Origin: Deltaproteobacteria bacterium
GTDB taxonomy: Bacteria; Myxococcota_A; Polyangia; Fen-1088
NCBI GenBank assembly: GCA_033763315.1
Contig: JANRKS010000007.1
Span: 352,001 to 416,000 of the forward strand
DNA: 64,000 bases
Direction of reading: 5' to 3'
Under the pieces are notes generated by a model. That model searched no databases. It was given only the letters and a program-made list of their open reading frames with translations, and was not told the origin of the DNA. Made by a program: the position numbers and the translations under genes. Below are positions 37,958 to 46,589 of this stretch, one piece after another (position 1 is the first letter of the stretch; each line of letters begins with the position of its first letter).

Positions 37958-38932
37958 ATGGGCGTGCGCATCGAAGGCACGCCCGTGGTGTGTGATGCCC
38001 CGCGCACGGCCGGCGCGCTCGCGTTCATCTCGCATGCCGCGGTGGTAAGCGCGCGCGTGGGCAAAAGCCGTCCGATCACCGCGGCACAAGTGCTGCTTAC
38101 GCAGATGTGCGCGAACTTGCTTGAGGCCGCGGGTCACCCCTTGGGCTCACGCGGTTTGGTGGCCGCGTATGGACGACCCTTCGCGATGGGCATGCTGCGC
38201 GTCGAGTTGTTCCCTTCGGGTGTGGCACCGGGATCGGCCTCGCTTATGTGTGAAGGGCCGCAAGGGCGTGTGGTGTTTGCGGGCCCGGTGGGTTTGGGCA
38301 CACCGGGTGGCCACACGCAGGCGGCGGAAATCCGTCCAGCAGAAGCGTTGTGCCTGGATGCAACCTACGCGTCTCGGTCCACGCCGTTCGCGCCGGTGGC
38401 GGCCACGTTTGACCAGGTCTTAGAGTTCGTGGAAGAGGCGTTGGCTCTTGGCCAACAACCTGTGCTGCGCACCGGCGTGGATCCGCTTACACTTGATTTG
38501 GGCAGAGCGCTGCACACGGCGGGCTTTGGCGTGCGCGCGCACGCCAGGCTGATCAAGCTCGCCGAGATCCATAAGGCGGCAGGCCTGCCCGCGGTGCCGT
38601 GGCGTCCCTTTTCGGGTGGCCTCGGTGCCAAAGAGGTGGTCTTGTTCCCGGCCTCCACCAAGCCCACCGCCGCCCTTGAAAAGCTCAAGGCCGCGAAGGT
38701 GGCGATCACAGCACCGCTTACGCCCCTGGAAATGACCGCCGAGGCCACTTACTTGCCGCTGTCCAACACCGCGAGCGGGCCCGAGTTGCTTTCCTATGCG
38801 AAAGCCACGGGCGCCAAAGAAGTGGCCACGCTCAACGACCATGTTGGTGCGTTCGCGATGCAATTGCGCAAGCAAGGTTTGCAGGCCTACGCGCTTGGCG
38901 CCCCCGCCCAGATGCCTTTGTTCGCGCGGTGA
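37958..38932 (+). CDS. Metallo-beta-lactamase/beta-CASP-fold protein with lost metal ligands
   Basis: AFISHA, LFPSG..PGSA, VVFAG, L.LDATY, PLS..A...ELL.Y follow the order of MBL exonuclease motifs, but key His/Asp residues are replaced. Confidence 0.65.
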   Translation: MGVRIEGTPVVCDAPRTAGALAFISHAAVVSARVGKSRPITAAQVLLTQMCANLLEAAGHPLGSRGLVAAYGRPFAMGMLRVELFPSGVAPGSASLMCEGPQGRVVFAGPVGLGTPGGHTQAAEIRPAEALCLDATYASRSTPFAPVAATFDQVLEFVEEALALGQQPVLRTGVDPLTLDLGRALHTAGFGVRAHARLIKLAEIHKAAGLPAVPWRPFSGGLGAKEVVLFPASTKPTAALEKLKAAKVAITAPLTPLEMTAEATYLPLSNTASGPELLSYAKATGAKEVATLNDHVGAFAMQLRKQGLQAYALGAPAQMPLFAR

Positions 38933-39031
38933 AGCGCGCCAGGACCCAAAAAGTCCCGCAATAACGGCCTGACGCAGCCCTGGGCGCATCGCCAGTGGAA
39001 GAGTGGGCAGATCCGGGCTAGAAATAGCACC

Positions 39032-39865
39032 GTGCCGTTTAACCTCTCTATGACCGAAATCGCCGTTGTGCTGATTTTGGCGCTGGTGTTCCTGGGCCCC
39101 AAGAAGCTGCCCGAGCTGGCTTCGGGCTTGGGCAAGATGATCCGTGAGATCAAAAAAGTAACCGCTGGCGTAAAAGAAGAGATTCAACTGGATGAAAACA
39201 TCCGCAAGCCATTCGATGAGCTACGCGAAGCCATTCAGCTGCCCGCCGAAGAACTAAAGCGGCGCGACGAATGGAAAGCGGAATGGGAACGCCGCCAACA
39301 AGAAGAAGCGGCACAGGCGGCAATAGATGCGGCCAAGCCCCCAGAGGGCGACGGCGCAGAAACCGATACCACGAACGTCACGAGCGAATCGTCCAGCACA
39401 TCGGATCCGTTCGCAAACACCGTGTATGCCGGCGAAAACAACGCCGATGCGACGATGATCAGCCCCGCCCCCACGTCTGACAAAACCATCGCCGCGCCAA
39501 GCCCGTTGCACCTGGAGCCGACTCTTGCGGCCAGCGCTCACGCAAGTGGCCCCTCGCCGGTGCCCGGCCCCGCTCCCGTTGCGGCCCCCGCCCCCGTCGC
39601 TCCCCCGGCGGCTGTGCTGCCACCCGCGCCACGTTTGCCCACGGCACCGCCGGTGGGTGCCGTGGCCACTGGCGGCCGCACGATGATGGGAGTCATGCCG
39701 AGCGCCGCGGTGCCAGGATCCCCCGTTGCCGCTGCCCCTTCGCGCCCCACGCCCCCTCCACCGCCGCCCGCGGCCTCGCGCTTGCCGGCTCCCAAAGTGC
39801 CGGCGCGCTCTGTCCCCGCGCCGCTGCCGGATGACGAGCCCGGCGACGACAAGAAGCCCGCTTAA
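39032..39865 (+). CDS. tatB: Twin-arginine translocase TatB (TatA/B family) with long Pro/Ala tail
   Basis: FNLSMTEIAVVLILALVFLGPKKLPELA..LGK.IRE.K; upstream of tatC. Confidence 0.9.
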   Translation: MPFNLSMTEIAVVLILALVFLGPKKLPELASGLGKMIREIKKVTAGVKEEIQLDENIRKPFDELREAIQLPAEELKRRDEWKAEWERRQQEEAAQAAIDAAKPPEGDGAETDTTNVTSESSSTSDPFANTVYAGENNADATMISPAPTSDKTIAAPSPLHLEPTLAASAHASGPSPVPGPAPVAAPAPVAPPAAVLPPAPRLPTAPPVGAVATGGRTMMGVMPSAAVPGSPVAAAPSRPTPPPPPPAASRLPAPKVPARSVPAPLPDDEPGDDKKPA

Positions 39866-39915
39866 GTGCGGCCGCCGCGCGCCCTCCCCCTCCTTCCTCT
39901 CCCACGGAGTTTCCT

Positions 39916-40854
39916 GTGACCGACTTGAAAGAAGACGAAGCCAAACCGAAGGCTGACGAAGCCAAACCGAAGGCAATCGAAGGTGAGGTCGTAGACTCCG
40001 AAGAGGCCGACGAAACCGAATCAGGCGACAAGCGCATGTCTCTGTTCGAGCACTTGGCCGAGCTGCGCCAGCGCATGCGCAACGCCGCGATTGCGTTTTT
40101 GGTTTCGATGATCGTGGCGTTCATCTACAACAAACGCCTTTACGAGGTCCTCACGCGACCGGTGCGCAAAGCTATCAAACACGCCAACCAAGAGGTTCGC
40201 TTCGTTATTACCGAACCAGGCGAAGCGTTCTGGGTTTACTTCAAGCTTTCCATCGTCGCGGGCCTGATTTTCTCGGCACCTCTCATCTTTTGGGAGCTGT
40301 GGAAATTCGTGGCGCCTGGGCTTTATAAGAAAGAGAAGAAGGTTGCCTTGGCCGTCGTGGGCGCCACCGCGTTCTGCTTTGTTGGCGGCGCCGTCTTCGG
40401 CTATTTCTTCTTGGTTGAACCCTCGATCTATTTCTTGGTCACGATCGCCGACATGGGCGTGCCCATGCCTGACTCCGCCGCCAGTGGCGTGGATCCCGGC
40501 ACCGTCATCGAGCCCATGCTGCGCATGGAAGCCGTGGGCAATTTCACCAGCATGATGCTGCTGGGCTGCGGCGTGGCGTTTGAGCTGCCCGTCGTCATCA
40601 GCGTGTTGGGTGCGCTGGGCATGGTGTCCGCGAAGAGCTTGTGGAAGTTCAACAAGTACTCGCTGGTGCTCTCCGCCTTGTTGGGCGGCATCCTAACCCC
40701 AGGTGGCGACGTGGTGTCGCAGATGCTTTTGGCAGGCCCGATCTTCGGTCTTTATAACGTTTCCATCATCATCGTTTGGGCGCTTGAGCGCGGCCGCAAG
40801 AAACAAGAAGCGGCCATGGACGCTGAATACGGCCCCGAACCGTTCGAGCGCTAA
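39916..40854 (+). CDS. tatC: Twin-arginine translocase TatC
   Basis: MSLFEHLAELR.R, W.FVAPGLYKKE, GVAFELP, LTPGGD. Confidence 0.95.
   Translation: MTDLKEDEAKPKADEAKPKAIEGEVVDSEEADETESGDKRMSLFEHLAELRQRMRNAAIAFLVSMIVAFIYNKRLYEVLTRPVRKAIKHANQEVRFVITEPGEAFWVYFKLSIVAGLIFSAPLIFWELWKFVAPGLYKKEKKVALAVVGATAFCFVGGAVFGYFFLVEPSIYFLVTIADMGVPMPDSAASGVDPGTVIEPMLRMEAVGNFTSMMLLGCGVAFELPVVISVLGALGMVSAKSLWKFNKYSLVLSALLGGILTPGGDVVSQMLLAGPIFGLYNVSIIIVWALERGRKKQEAAMDAEYGPEPFER
39934..39975 (+). repeat. 21-bp tandem duplication in the tatC 5' end
   Basis: GACGAAGCCAAACCGAAGGCW twice, encoding DEAKPKA twice. Confidence 0.9.
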
Positions 40855-40862
40855 AGGCTCAC

Positions 40863-41447
40863 GTGGCAGTGTCTTCAACGCGCCTTTTGGTTCTTGGCGT
40901 CGTGCGGATGCTGCAGCCCGTGCACGGGTACGACGTGCGCCGCGAGTTGCTGTCGTGGCGCGTGGATGAATGGGCCAATGTGGCGCCGGGCTCGATCTAC
41001 AACGCGCTGAAATCAATGACGCGCGACAATTTACTGGCCATTGTCGGAACCGACCAAGTCGGCGGCCGCCCCGAACGCACCACGTATAAGCTCACGGCCG
41101 AAGGCGAATCTGAATTCCAGAACTTGTTGCGCGACACACTGTGGAATGTACGCATGCCCGTGGATCCGCTTATGCCGGCTTTGGCCTTCCTCGTTCACAC
41201 AAACGTGGACGAACTCAAAGAGGCGCTCGTTCATCGAATCAACCAAATCCGTGGGCAACTCAAAGCCTCTGAATTCGCCATTGCGCACATTCCCAACGAA
41301 ACGACGCCCGCACACGTGCGGGAGCTGTATCGCTTGTCCAGCGCCCGCCTCGAAGCCGAGATACCGTGGGCCGAAGCCCTCATAAAGGCGCTCGATGCCG
41401 GGGATTACGCCTGTGAGGGCGTGCTGTTGCGAAAGCCCACCGATTAG
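40863..41447 (+). CDS. PadR-family transcriptional regulator
   Basis: RLLVLG, PVHGYDVRREL, PGSIYNALK, RPERTTYKLTAEG. Confidence 0.92.
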   Translation: MAVSSTRLLVLGVVRMLQPVHGYDVRRELLSWRVDEWANVAPGSIYNALKSMTRDNLLAIVGTDQVGGRPERTTYKLTAEGESEFQNLLRDTLWNVRMPVDPLMPALAFLVHTNVDELKEALVHRINQIRGQLKASEFAIAHIPNETTPAHVRELYRLSSARLEAEIPWAEALIKALDAGDYACEGVLLRKPTD

Positions 41448-41450
41448 GCC

Positions 41451-41479
41451 TTGACGGCGCTTAATCAAATTTGAATAAT
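41451..41479 (+). promoter_or_regulatory. Sigma-70 promoter overlapped by a palindromic operator
   Basis: TTGACG (41451-41456) - 17 bp - AATAAT (41474-41479); palindrome TTAATCAAATTTGAATAA (41461-41478, 16 of 18 positions symmetric) covers the spacer and -10. Confidence 0.8.
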
Positions 41480-41580
41480 CCACCGGCCCTACTCGCAGGC
41501 ATTGGCCGCCGTAGGATGGGTCATCGTGTTGGCGCTACGCAACAAGGGCGCAAAGACTCCGCTTCAACCCGTGGGAAACT

Positions 41581-42324
41581 ATGAGCCACATCGTCTCTAT
41601 TCGAGCTGCCACGAAGAATTACGCCCTGGGCAAAATCGTCGTGCCCGCGCTTCGCGGCGTGAACCTGGATGTTGAACCCGGCGAATTTTTGTCCATCGCC
41701 GGCCCTTCGGGCAGCGGTAAAACCACGCTGCTGAACTTGATCGGCTGCGTGGACACCGCGAGTTCCGGCATCGTTGAAGTGGCGGGCCAAGACACCGCCA
41801 AGCTGCCTGAGCGCGCCCTCACGCGGCTGCGGCTTGAGACGATCGGATTCATCTTTCAAAGCTTCAACTTGGTGTCGGTGCTTTCGGTGTTTCAAAACGT
41901 TGAACTGCCGCTGCTCCTGCAAGGCAAGCTGAACTCAGCGGAACGCAAGGCGCGTGTCACCACGTTGCTCGATCGCGTGGGCCTGCACGAACACACTTAC
42001 CACCGGCCAAGTGAGCTTTCGGGCGGGCAACGCCAACGTGTGGCGATTGCGCGCGCGCTTGTCACCAAACCACAATTGGTGCTTGCCGATGAGCCAACCG
42101 CGAACCTCGACTCCGTCACAGGGCAAAACATTTTGGACCTGATGAAAGAGTTGAACCGCACTGAAAAGACCACCTTCATCTTTTCAACCCATGACGCGCG
42201 CGTCATGTCGCACGCGAGTTCCGTTGTAAGGCTGGCCGATGGTGTGGTGGTTGATCGCGTGACGGCGGCGGAAGCCGTGCAAGCGGGCTTCGGCGACGTG
42301 GCGTCTCGGCTTGGGGTGCACTGA
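41581..42324 (+). CDS. ABC transporter ATP-binding protein (LolD/MacB-type)
   Basis: GPSGSGKTT, IGFIFQSFNL, LSGGQRQRVAIARA, LADEPTANLD, STHD. Confidence 0.95.
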   Translation: MSHIVSIRAATKNYALGKIVVPALRGVNLDVEPGEFLSIAGPSGSGKTTLLNLIGCVDTASSGIVEVAGQDTAKLPERALTRLRLETIGFIFQSFNLVSVLSVFQNVELPLLLQGKLNSAERKARVTTLLDRVGLHEHTYHRPSELSGGQRQRVAIARALVTKPQLVLADEPTANLDSVTGQNILDLMKELNRTEKTTFIFSTHDARVMSHASSVVRLADGVVVDRVTAAEAVQAGFGDVASRLGVH

Positions 42325-44468
42325 TGCGCGGGTTCGACACGTTCGCCATGCTCACCCGCATGGCCATGCGCAACCTGCTGGCCAGCCGCTGGAAAACCAT
42401 CATCGTGGGCTCCATCATCATGGGTGGCGCGTTCTTGGTGGTGGTGGGCACGTCGCTGCTCGACAGCCTCGATCGATCGATGAGCCAAAGCATCATCGGC
42501 TCGGTTGCCGGGCACGTGCAGGTGTATTCGGCCAAATCCAAAGACGAGCTGACCGTCATGGGCAGCATGGACATGGAAGCGCCCGATCTGGATTCGCTCG
42601 ATAACTTTGCCGGCGTGCGCGACACATTGCTGAAGCTGCCGAACGTCAAAGCCGTGGTGCCCATGGGCATCAGCGGCGCGATCGTAACATCGGGCAACAC
42701 CATCGACGTGGAGCTGGAAAAGCTGCGCGACCTGGTTCGCAAGCGTCAAGATGGCGATGCATCGGAAGCCACCACGCGTGCCTACGAAGCGCAAAAAGGC
42801 CACGTGCGCCAGATCATCGAGGTGCTCTCGCAAGACATCCGCAACATCAAGACGCTGCAGGATGAATCGGCCTTGCCCAAGGAAGACGAAGAAGCCGTCA
42901 AAACCGCCGCTTCAGATGAGTTCTGGCAGAGCTTCGATAAACAGCCGCTTGATAACCTTGAGTTCATGGAGAACCGGTTGGCGTCTTTGGCCGCCGATGC
43001 CGACATGCTGTTCCTGCGTTACATGGGCACGGATCCCAAGGTGTTCGCGGGCGCTTTCGATCGTATGCGCGTGGTGGATGGCCAGGCGATCCCGCCCGGC
43101 AAACGGGGCTTCATGTTTGCAAAGTATACGTACGAAGAGCAAGTCAAGCTGAAGTCCGCGTTGCGTCTCGACAAGATCAAACACGCCATCACAAACCGCG
43201 GCGCCACAATTGCCACCGACGATGAACTGCAGCGGTTCGTGCGGGAAAACAGCAACCAGGTCAAAGAGCTGCTGTTGCAGCTGGATCAGATCGAGACCGC
43301 GGATTTTCGCCAAAAGCTGCAAAGCTTCTTGGCCAGCCAAGAGAACGACGTGGGCAAGTTGCTGTCGGCGTTTTTTCAAACCACCGACGCCAACTTCATG
43401 CAGCGTTACGATTTCTTCTACAAGACGTTGGCGCCATCGCTGGATCTATACCGCGTGCGGATCGGCGACACGCTCACGATCAAAGCGTTCACGCGCAGTG
43501 GTTACGTGCAATCGGTGAACTTGCGTGTTTACGGTACCTTTGAATTCCAGGGCCTGGAGGGCTCGCCGCAAGCGGGCGAGTTGAACCTGATGGATATGGT
43601 TTCCTTCCGCGAGCTTTACGGCTTCATCACCGATGATAAAAAGCAGGAGCTTGAAAGCCTCAAGGCCTCTGTGGGTGCCAAGGAAGTTTCGCGCCAGGAC
43701 GCCGAGAGCGAATTGTTTGGCACCGTGGCCACGGATGACCCTGCCGATGGCAAGACCATAGAAGCGAGCGCCACCGGCGCGGTGGAAGCGCAAGCGGCCC
43801 TGGCTGGCTTGGCCGGCCGCCTGCAACGCGAGAACCTGGCCGACCGCGTTTACGATCCCAGCCAACTGCAAAACGGTGTGGCGCTCAACGCCGCGGTGAT
43901 TCTGAAGCGCGCGCGGCCCAAAGACATCGATCAAGCAATCAAAGACATCGAAGCCGCCACCAAGAACACGGCCACCCCGCTTAAGGCCATCTCATGGCAA
44001 AAAGCCTCCGGGATCATCGGACAGTTCGTGATGTTGATGCGCATCGTGCTCTACGTGGCGGTGCTGATCATCTTCGTTATCGCGTTGGTGATCATCAACA
44101 ATGCCATGGTGATGGCCACGTTAGAGCGCGTGCAGGAGATCGGAACGTTGCGTGCTGTGGGTGCCCAGAAACGCTTCATCTTGGGTATGCTGCTGGTGGA
44201 AGGGCTGCTTACGGGCGCCGTGTTCGGCGCTTTGGGCGTGGCTTTGGGCGGCGCGCTCGTCGCATTCGTCGGGGCCAAAGGCATTCCCGCCTTCAACCAG
44301 ATCGCCACGTTCTTCTTTTCGGGCCCGCGCTTCTTCCCCGCGTTGGCCACATCCAACTTGGTGGGCGCCTTAGGCATCGTTTTCTTTGTGAGCCTGCTTT
44401 CCAGCCTTTACCCCGCGCTGCTCGCCATGCGCGTAACACCTCGCCAAGCCATGCAATCCGAGGAATAG
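42324..44468 (+). CDS. Type VII (LolC/E/MacB-like) ABC permease with very large periplasmic domain
   Basis: MAMRNLL, TM1, GHVQV, about 500-aa periplasmic region, ERVQEIGTLRAVG, LYPALLA.R.TP..A. Confidence 0.9.
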   Translation: MRGFDTFAMLTRMAMRNLLASRWKTIIVGSIIMGGAFLVVVGTSLLDSLDRSMSQSIIGSVAGHVQVYSAKSKDELTVMGSMDMEAPDLDSLDNFAGVRDTLLKLPNVKAVVPMGISGAIVTSGNTIDVELEKLRDLVRKRQDGDASEATTRAYEAQKGHVRQIIEVLSQDIRNIKTLQDESALPKEDEEAVKTAASDEFWQSFDKQPLDNLEFMENRLASLAADADMLFLRYMGTDPKVFAGAFDRMRVVDGQAIPPGKRGFMFAKYTYEEQVKLKSALRLDKIKHAITNRGATIATDDELQRFVRENSNQVKELLLQLDQIETADFRQKLQSFLASQENDVGKLLSAFFQTTDANFMQRYDFFYKTLAPSLDLYRVRIGDTLTIKAFTRSGYVQSVNLRVYGTFEFQGLEGSPQAGELNLMDMVSFRELYGFITDDKKQELESLKASVGAKEVSRQDAESELFGTVATDDPADGKTIEASATGAVEAQAALAGLAGRLQRENLADRVYDPSQLQNGVALNAAVILKRARPKDIDQAIKDIEAATKNTATPLKAISWQKASGIIGQFVMLMRIVLYVAVLIIFVIALVIINNAMVMATLERVQEIGTLRAVGAQKRFILGMLLVEGLLTGAVFGALGVALGGALVAFVGAKGIPAFNQIATFFFSGPRFFPALATSNLVGALGIVFFVSLLSSLYPALLAMRVTPRQAMQSEE

Positions 44469-44471
44469 CTC

Positions 44472-45788
44472 ATGTCCAGCTTGTTCATCACCTTCAAGAT
44501 CGCCGCCGCCAACCTCATTCAGCACGGCCGACGCACGCTTTTTCTGGCAACCGCCATCGCGGCCGTCACCGCTTTGCTGCTGCTTTTGGGAGGCTTGTCC
44601 GCCGGCGTGCGCGACAGCCTCGTGACAACGGCCACCACGTTGAGCACGGGCCATGTCAACGTCGGCGGCTTTTTCAAAGTCACTTCGGGCCAGTCCGGCG
44701 CCGTCGTCACCGGCGTGAAAGCGCTTAAACCCATCGTGGCACAAGCGGTGCCCGAAGCGGCGTTCATGGTCGAGCGCGGCCGCGGGTGGGCCAAGGTGGT
44801 GTCTGACACCGGGTCAGCGCAAGCCGGCATCAATGGCGTGGACATCGTGAACGAACCTGAGTTCAAGAACGTTCTTACGCTCACGGCGGGCAAACTTGAA
44901 GATCTCGCCCGGCCGAACACGATCATGCTGTTCGTGGGCCAGGCCGAAAAGCTGGGCGTGCGCGTGGGTGACGCCATAACCATCTCGGCACAAACCACGC
45001 GCGGTGTGGCCAACACCATCGATTGCGAAGTGGTGGCGATCGCCAAAGACGTGGGCCTGCTGTCAAAGTTCAACACGTTCATCCCCGCCGAAACGCTGCG
45101 GCGCCTTTACCAATTGCGAGAAGACGCGACAGGCGCGATTCACATCCACCTCAGGCCGCAGTTCATCGACCAAAGCAAACAGATCGCCGCTCGTCTGCGC
45201 TCGGTGCTTGAAAAGGCCAACTACGCGGTGATGGAGCCCAATTCCCAGGCGTTCTGGATGAAGTTTCAATCCGTCAACCGCGAAGCATGGACGGGGCAAA
45301 AGCTGGACGTGACCACGTGGGAAGACGAATTGTCGTTCATGATCTGGACGCTGGCTCTGCTTGAAGGCCTGCGCTTCGTTTTGCTCATCATCCTGTTGGC
45401 GATCGTGATCACCGGCATCATGAACACGATGTGGATCGCCATCCGCGAACGGACACGGGAGATCGGCGCCCTGCGTGCCATCGGCATGCAACGCGGGGGT
45501 GTACTCCGCATGTTCATCGCTGAAGCGCTGCTTTTGGGTTTGTTCGGAACCATCGTCGGATCGCTCGTCGGGGCGCTGATCGCGTTCGCGCTCAACGCAG
45601 CTCACATCGATGTGCCGATCTCGGTGCAGCTGTTCTTGATGTCGGATCATTTGCGTCTGCTGGTGGCGGGTCCCGCGCTTGTGTCAGGCATCGTCATGAT
45701 CACTGCGATCACGGTCGCTGCCTCGTTCTATCCCGCGTTGCGCGCGGCCCGTCTGCGTCCCATCGAAGCCATGTCACATTTTGGATAA
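44472..45788 (+). CDS. Type VII ABC permease (second subunit)
   Basis: AAANL..H.RRT, GHVNV, AEKLGVRVGD, ERTREIGALRAIGM, YPALRAARLRPIEA. Confidence 0.92.
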   Translation: MSSLFITFKIAAANLIQHGRRTLFLATAIAAVTALLLLLGGLSAGVRDSLVTTATTLSTGHVNVGGFFKVTSGQSGAVVTGVKALKPIVAQAVPEAAFMVERGRGWAKVVSDTGSAQAGINGVDIVNEPEFKNVLTLTAGKLEDLARPNTIMLFVGQAEKLGVRVGDAITISAQTTRGVANTIDCEVVAIAKDVGLLSKFNTFIPAETLRRLYQLREDATGAIHIHLRPQFIDQSKQIAARLRSVLEKANYAVMEPNSQAFWMKFQSVNREAWTGQKLDVTTWEDELSFMIWTLALLEGLRFVLLIILLAIVITGIMNTMWIAIRERTREIGALRAIGMQRGGVLRMFIAEALLLGLFGTIVGSLVGALIAFALNAAHIDVPISVQLFLMSDHLRLLVAGPALVSGIVMITAITVAASFYPALRAARLRPIEAMSHFG

Positions 45789-45794
45789 GCCATC

Positions 45795-46589
45795 ATGAAT
45801 CGCAGAACTTTCACGCAAATCGTCGGTGCCGGCACGCTGCTGGCTGGTACGTCCACGTTGGCTCGCGCTGCTGAAAAGCTGCCCACAGAAAAACTGGTAG
45901 ACCTGCTTAAGGTGGTGGATGACCGGCAGAAGAACGCTGGCGACTGGCAATCGCTTGCGTACATCGAGCAGAAAGAAAAGAACAAGGTCGACGTTGTGTA
46001 CGAGACCTTGGTGTTTCGACGCTCCGAAGATCAGAAGTTCATGATCTTGTTCTCGAAGCCCAAGGCTTCGCAGGGCCAAGGCTATCTGAGGTTGGACAAA
46101 AACCTGTGGTTTTACGATCCATCGGTGGGCAAATGGGAACGCCGCACCGAGCGTGAACGCATCGGTGGCACCAATTCGCGTCGCAGCGACTTCGACGAAT
46201 CGCGTTTGGCCGAAGAATACGATCCTGAAGACGGCGGCGAAGAGAAACTGGGCGCGTATACGGCGCAGGTGATGACCCTCAAGGGCAAGCCCGGCCTCGA
46301 TCTCGCCTTTCCCGTGATCAAACTTTGGGTGGATAAGGCCACGTCAAACGTGTTGAAGCGGCAAGAGTTCGCGCTTTCAGGCCGCTTGCTGCGCACCGCC
46401 TATTACCCAAAGTGGAAGAGGCTATACAGCGAATCCAAAAAGGGTGACATCTGGTACCCACAAGAGATTCGTTTTTACGACGAGGTTGAAAAGGCCAATT
46501 CCACGCTCATTCTGATCAAAAGCGTAGATCTCCGTCCCTTGGCGCCAAACCTATTCACGAAAGCTTGGTTGGAGAGCCGGTCGCGATGA
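45795..46589 (+). CDS. LolA-like outer-membrane lipoprotein-sorting family periplasmic protein
   Basis: F..PK..QGQGYL..DKNLWFYDP, GT..RRSDF, I.LWVDK, F..SGRLLR, FTK..L; signal peptide begins MNRRTF. Confidence 0.8.
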   Translation: MNRRTFTQIVGAGTLLAGTSTLARAAEKLPTEKLVDLLKVVDDRQKNAGDWQSLAYIEQKEKNKVDVVYETLVFRRSEDQKFMILFSKPKASQGQGYLRLDKNLWFYDPSVGKWERRTERERIGGTNSRRSDFDESRLAEEYDPEDGGEEKLGAYTAQVMTLKGKPGLDLAFPVIKLWVDKATSNVLKRQEFALSGRLLRTAYYPKWKRLYSESKKGDIWYPQEIRFYDEVEKANSTLILIKSVDLRPLAPNLFTKAWLESRSR

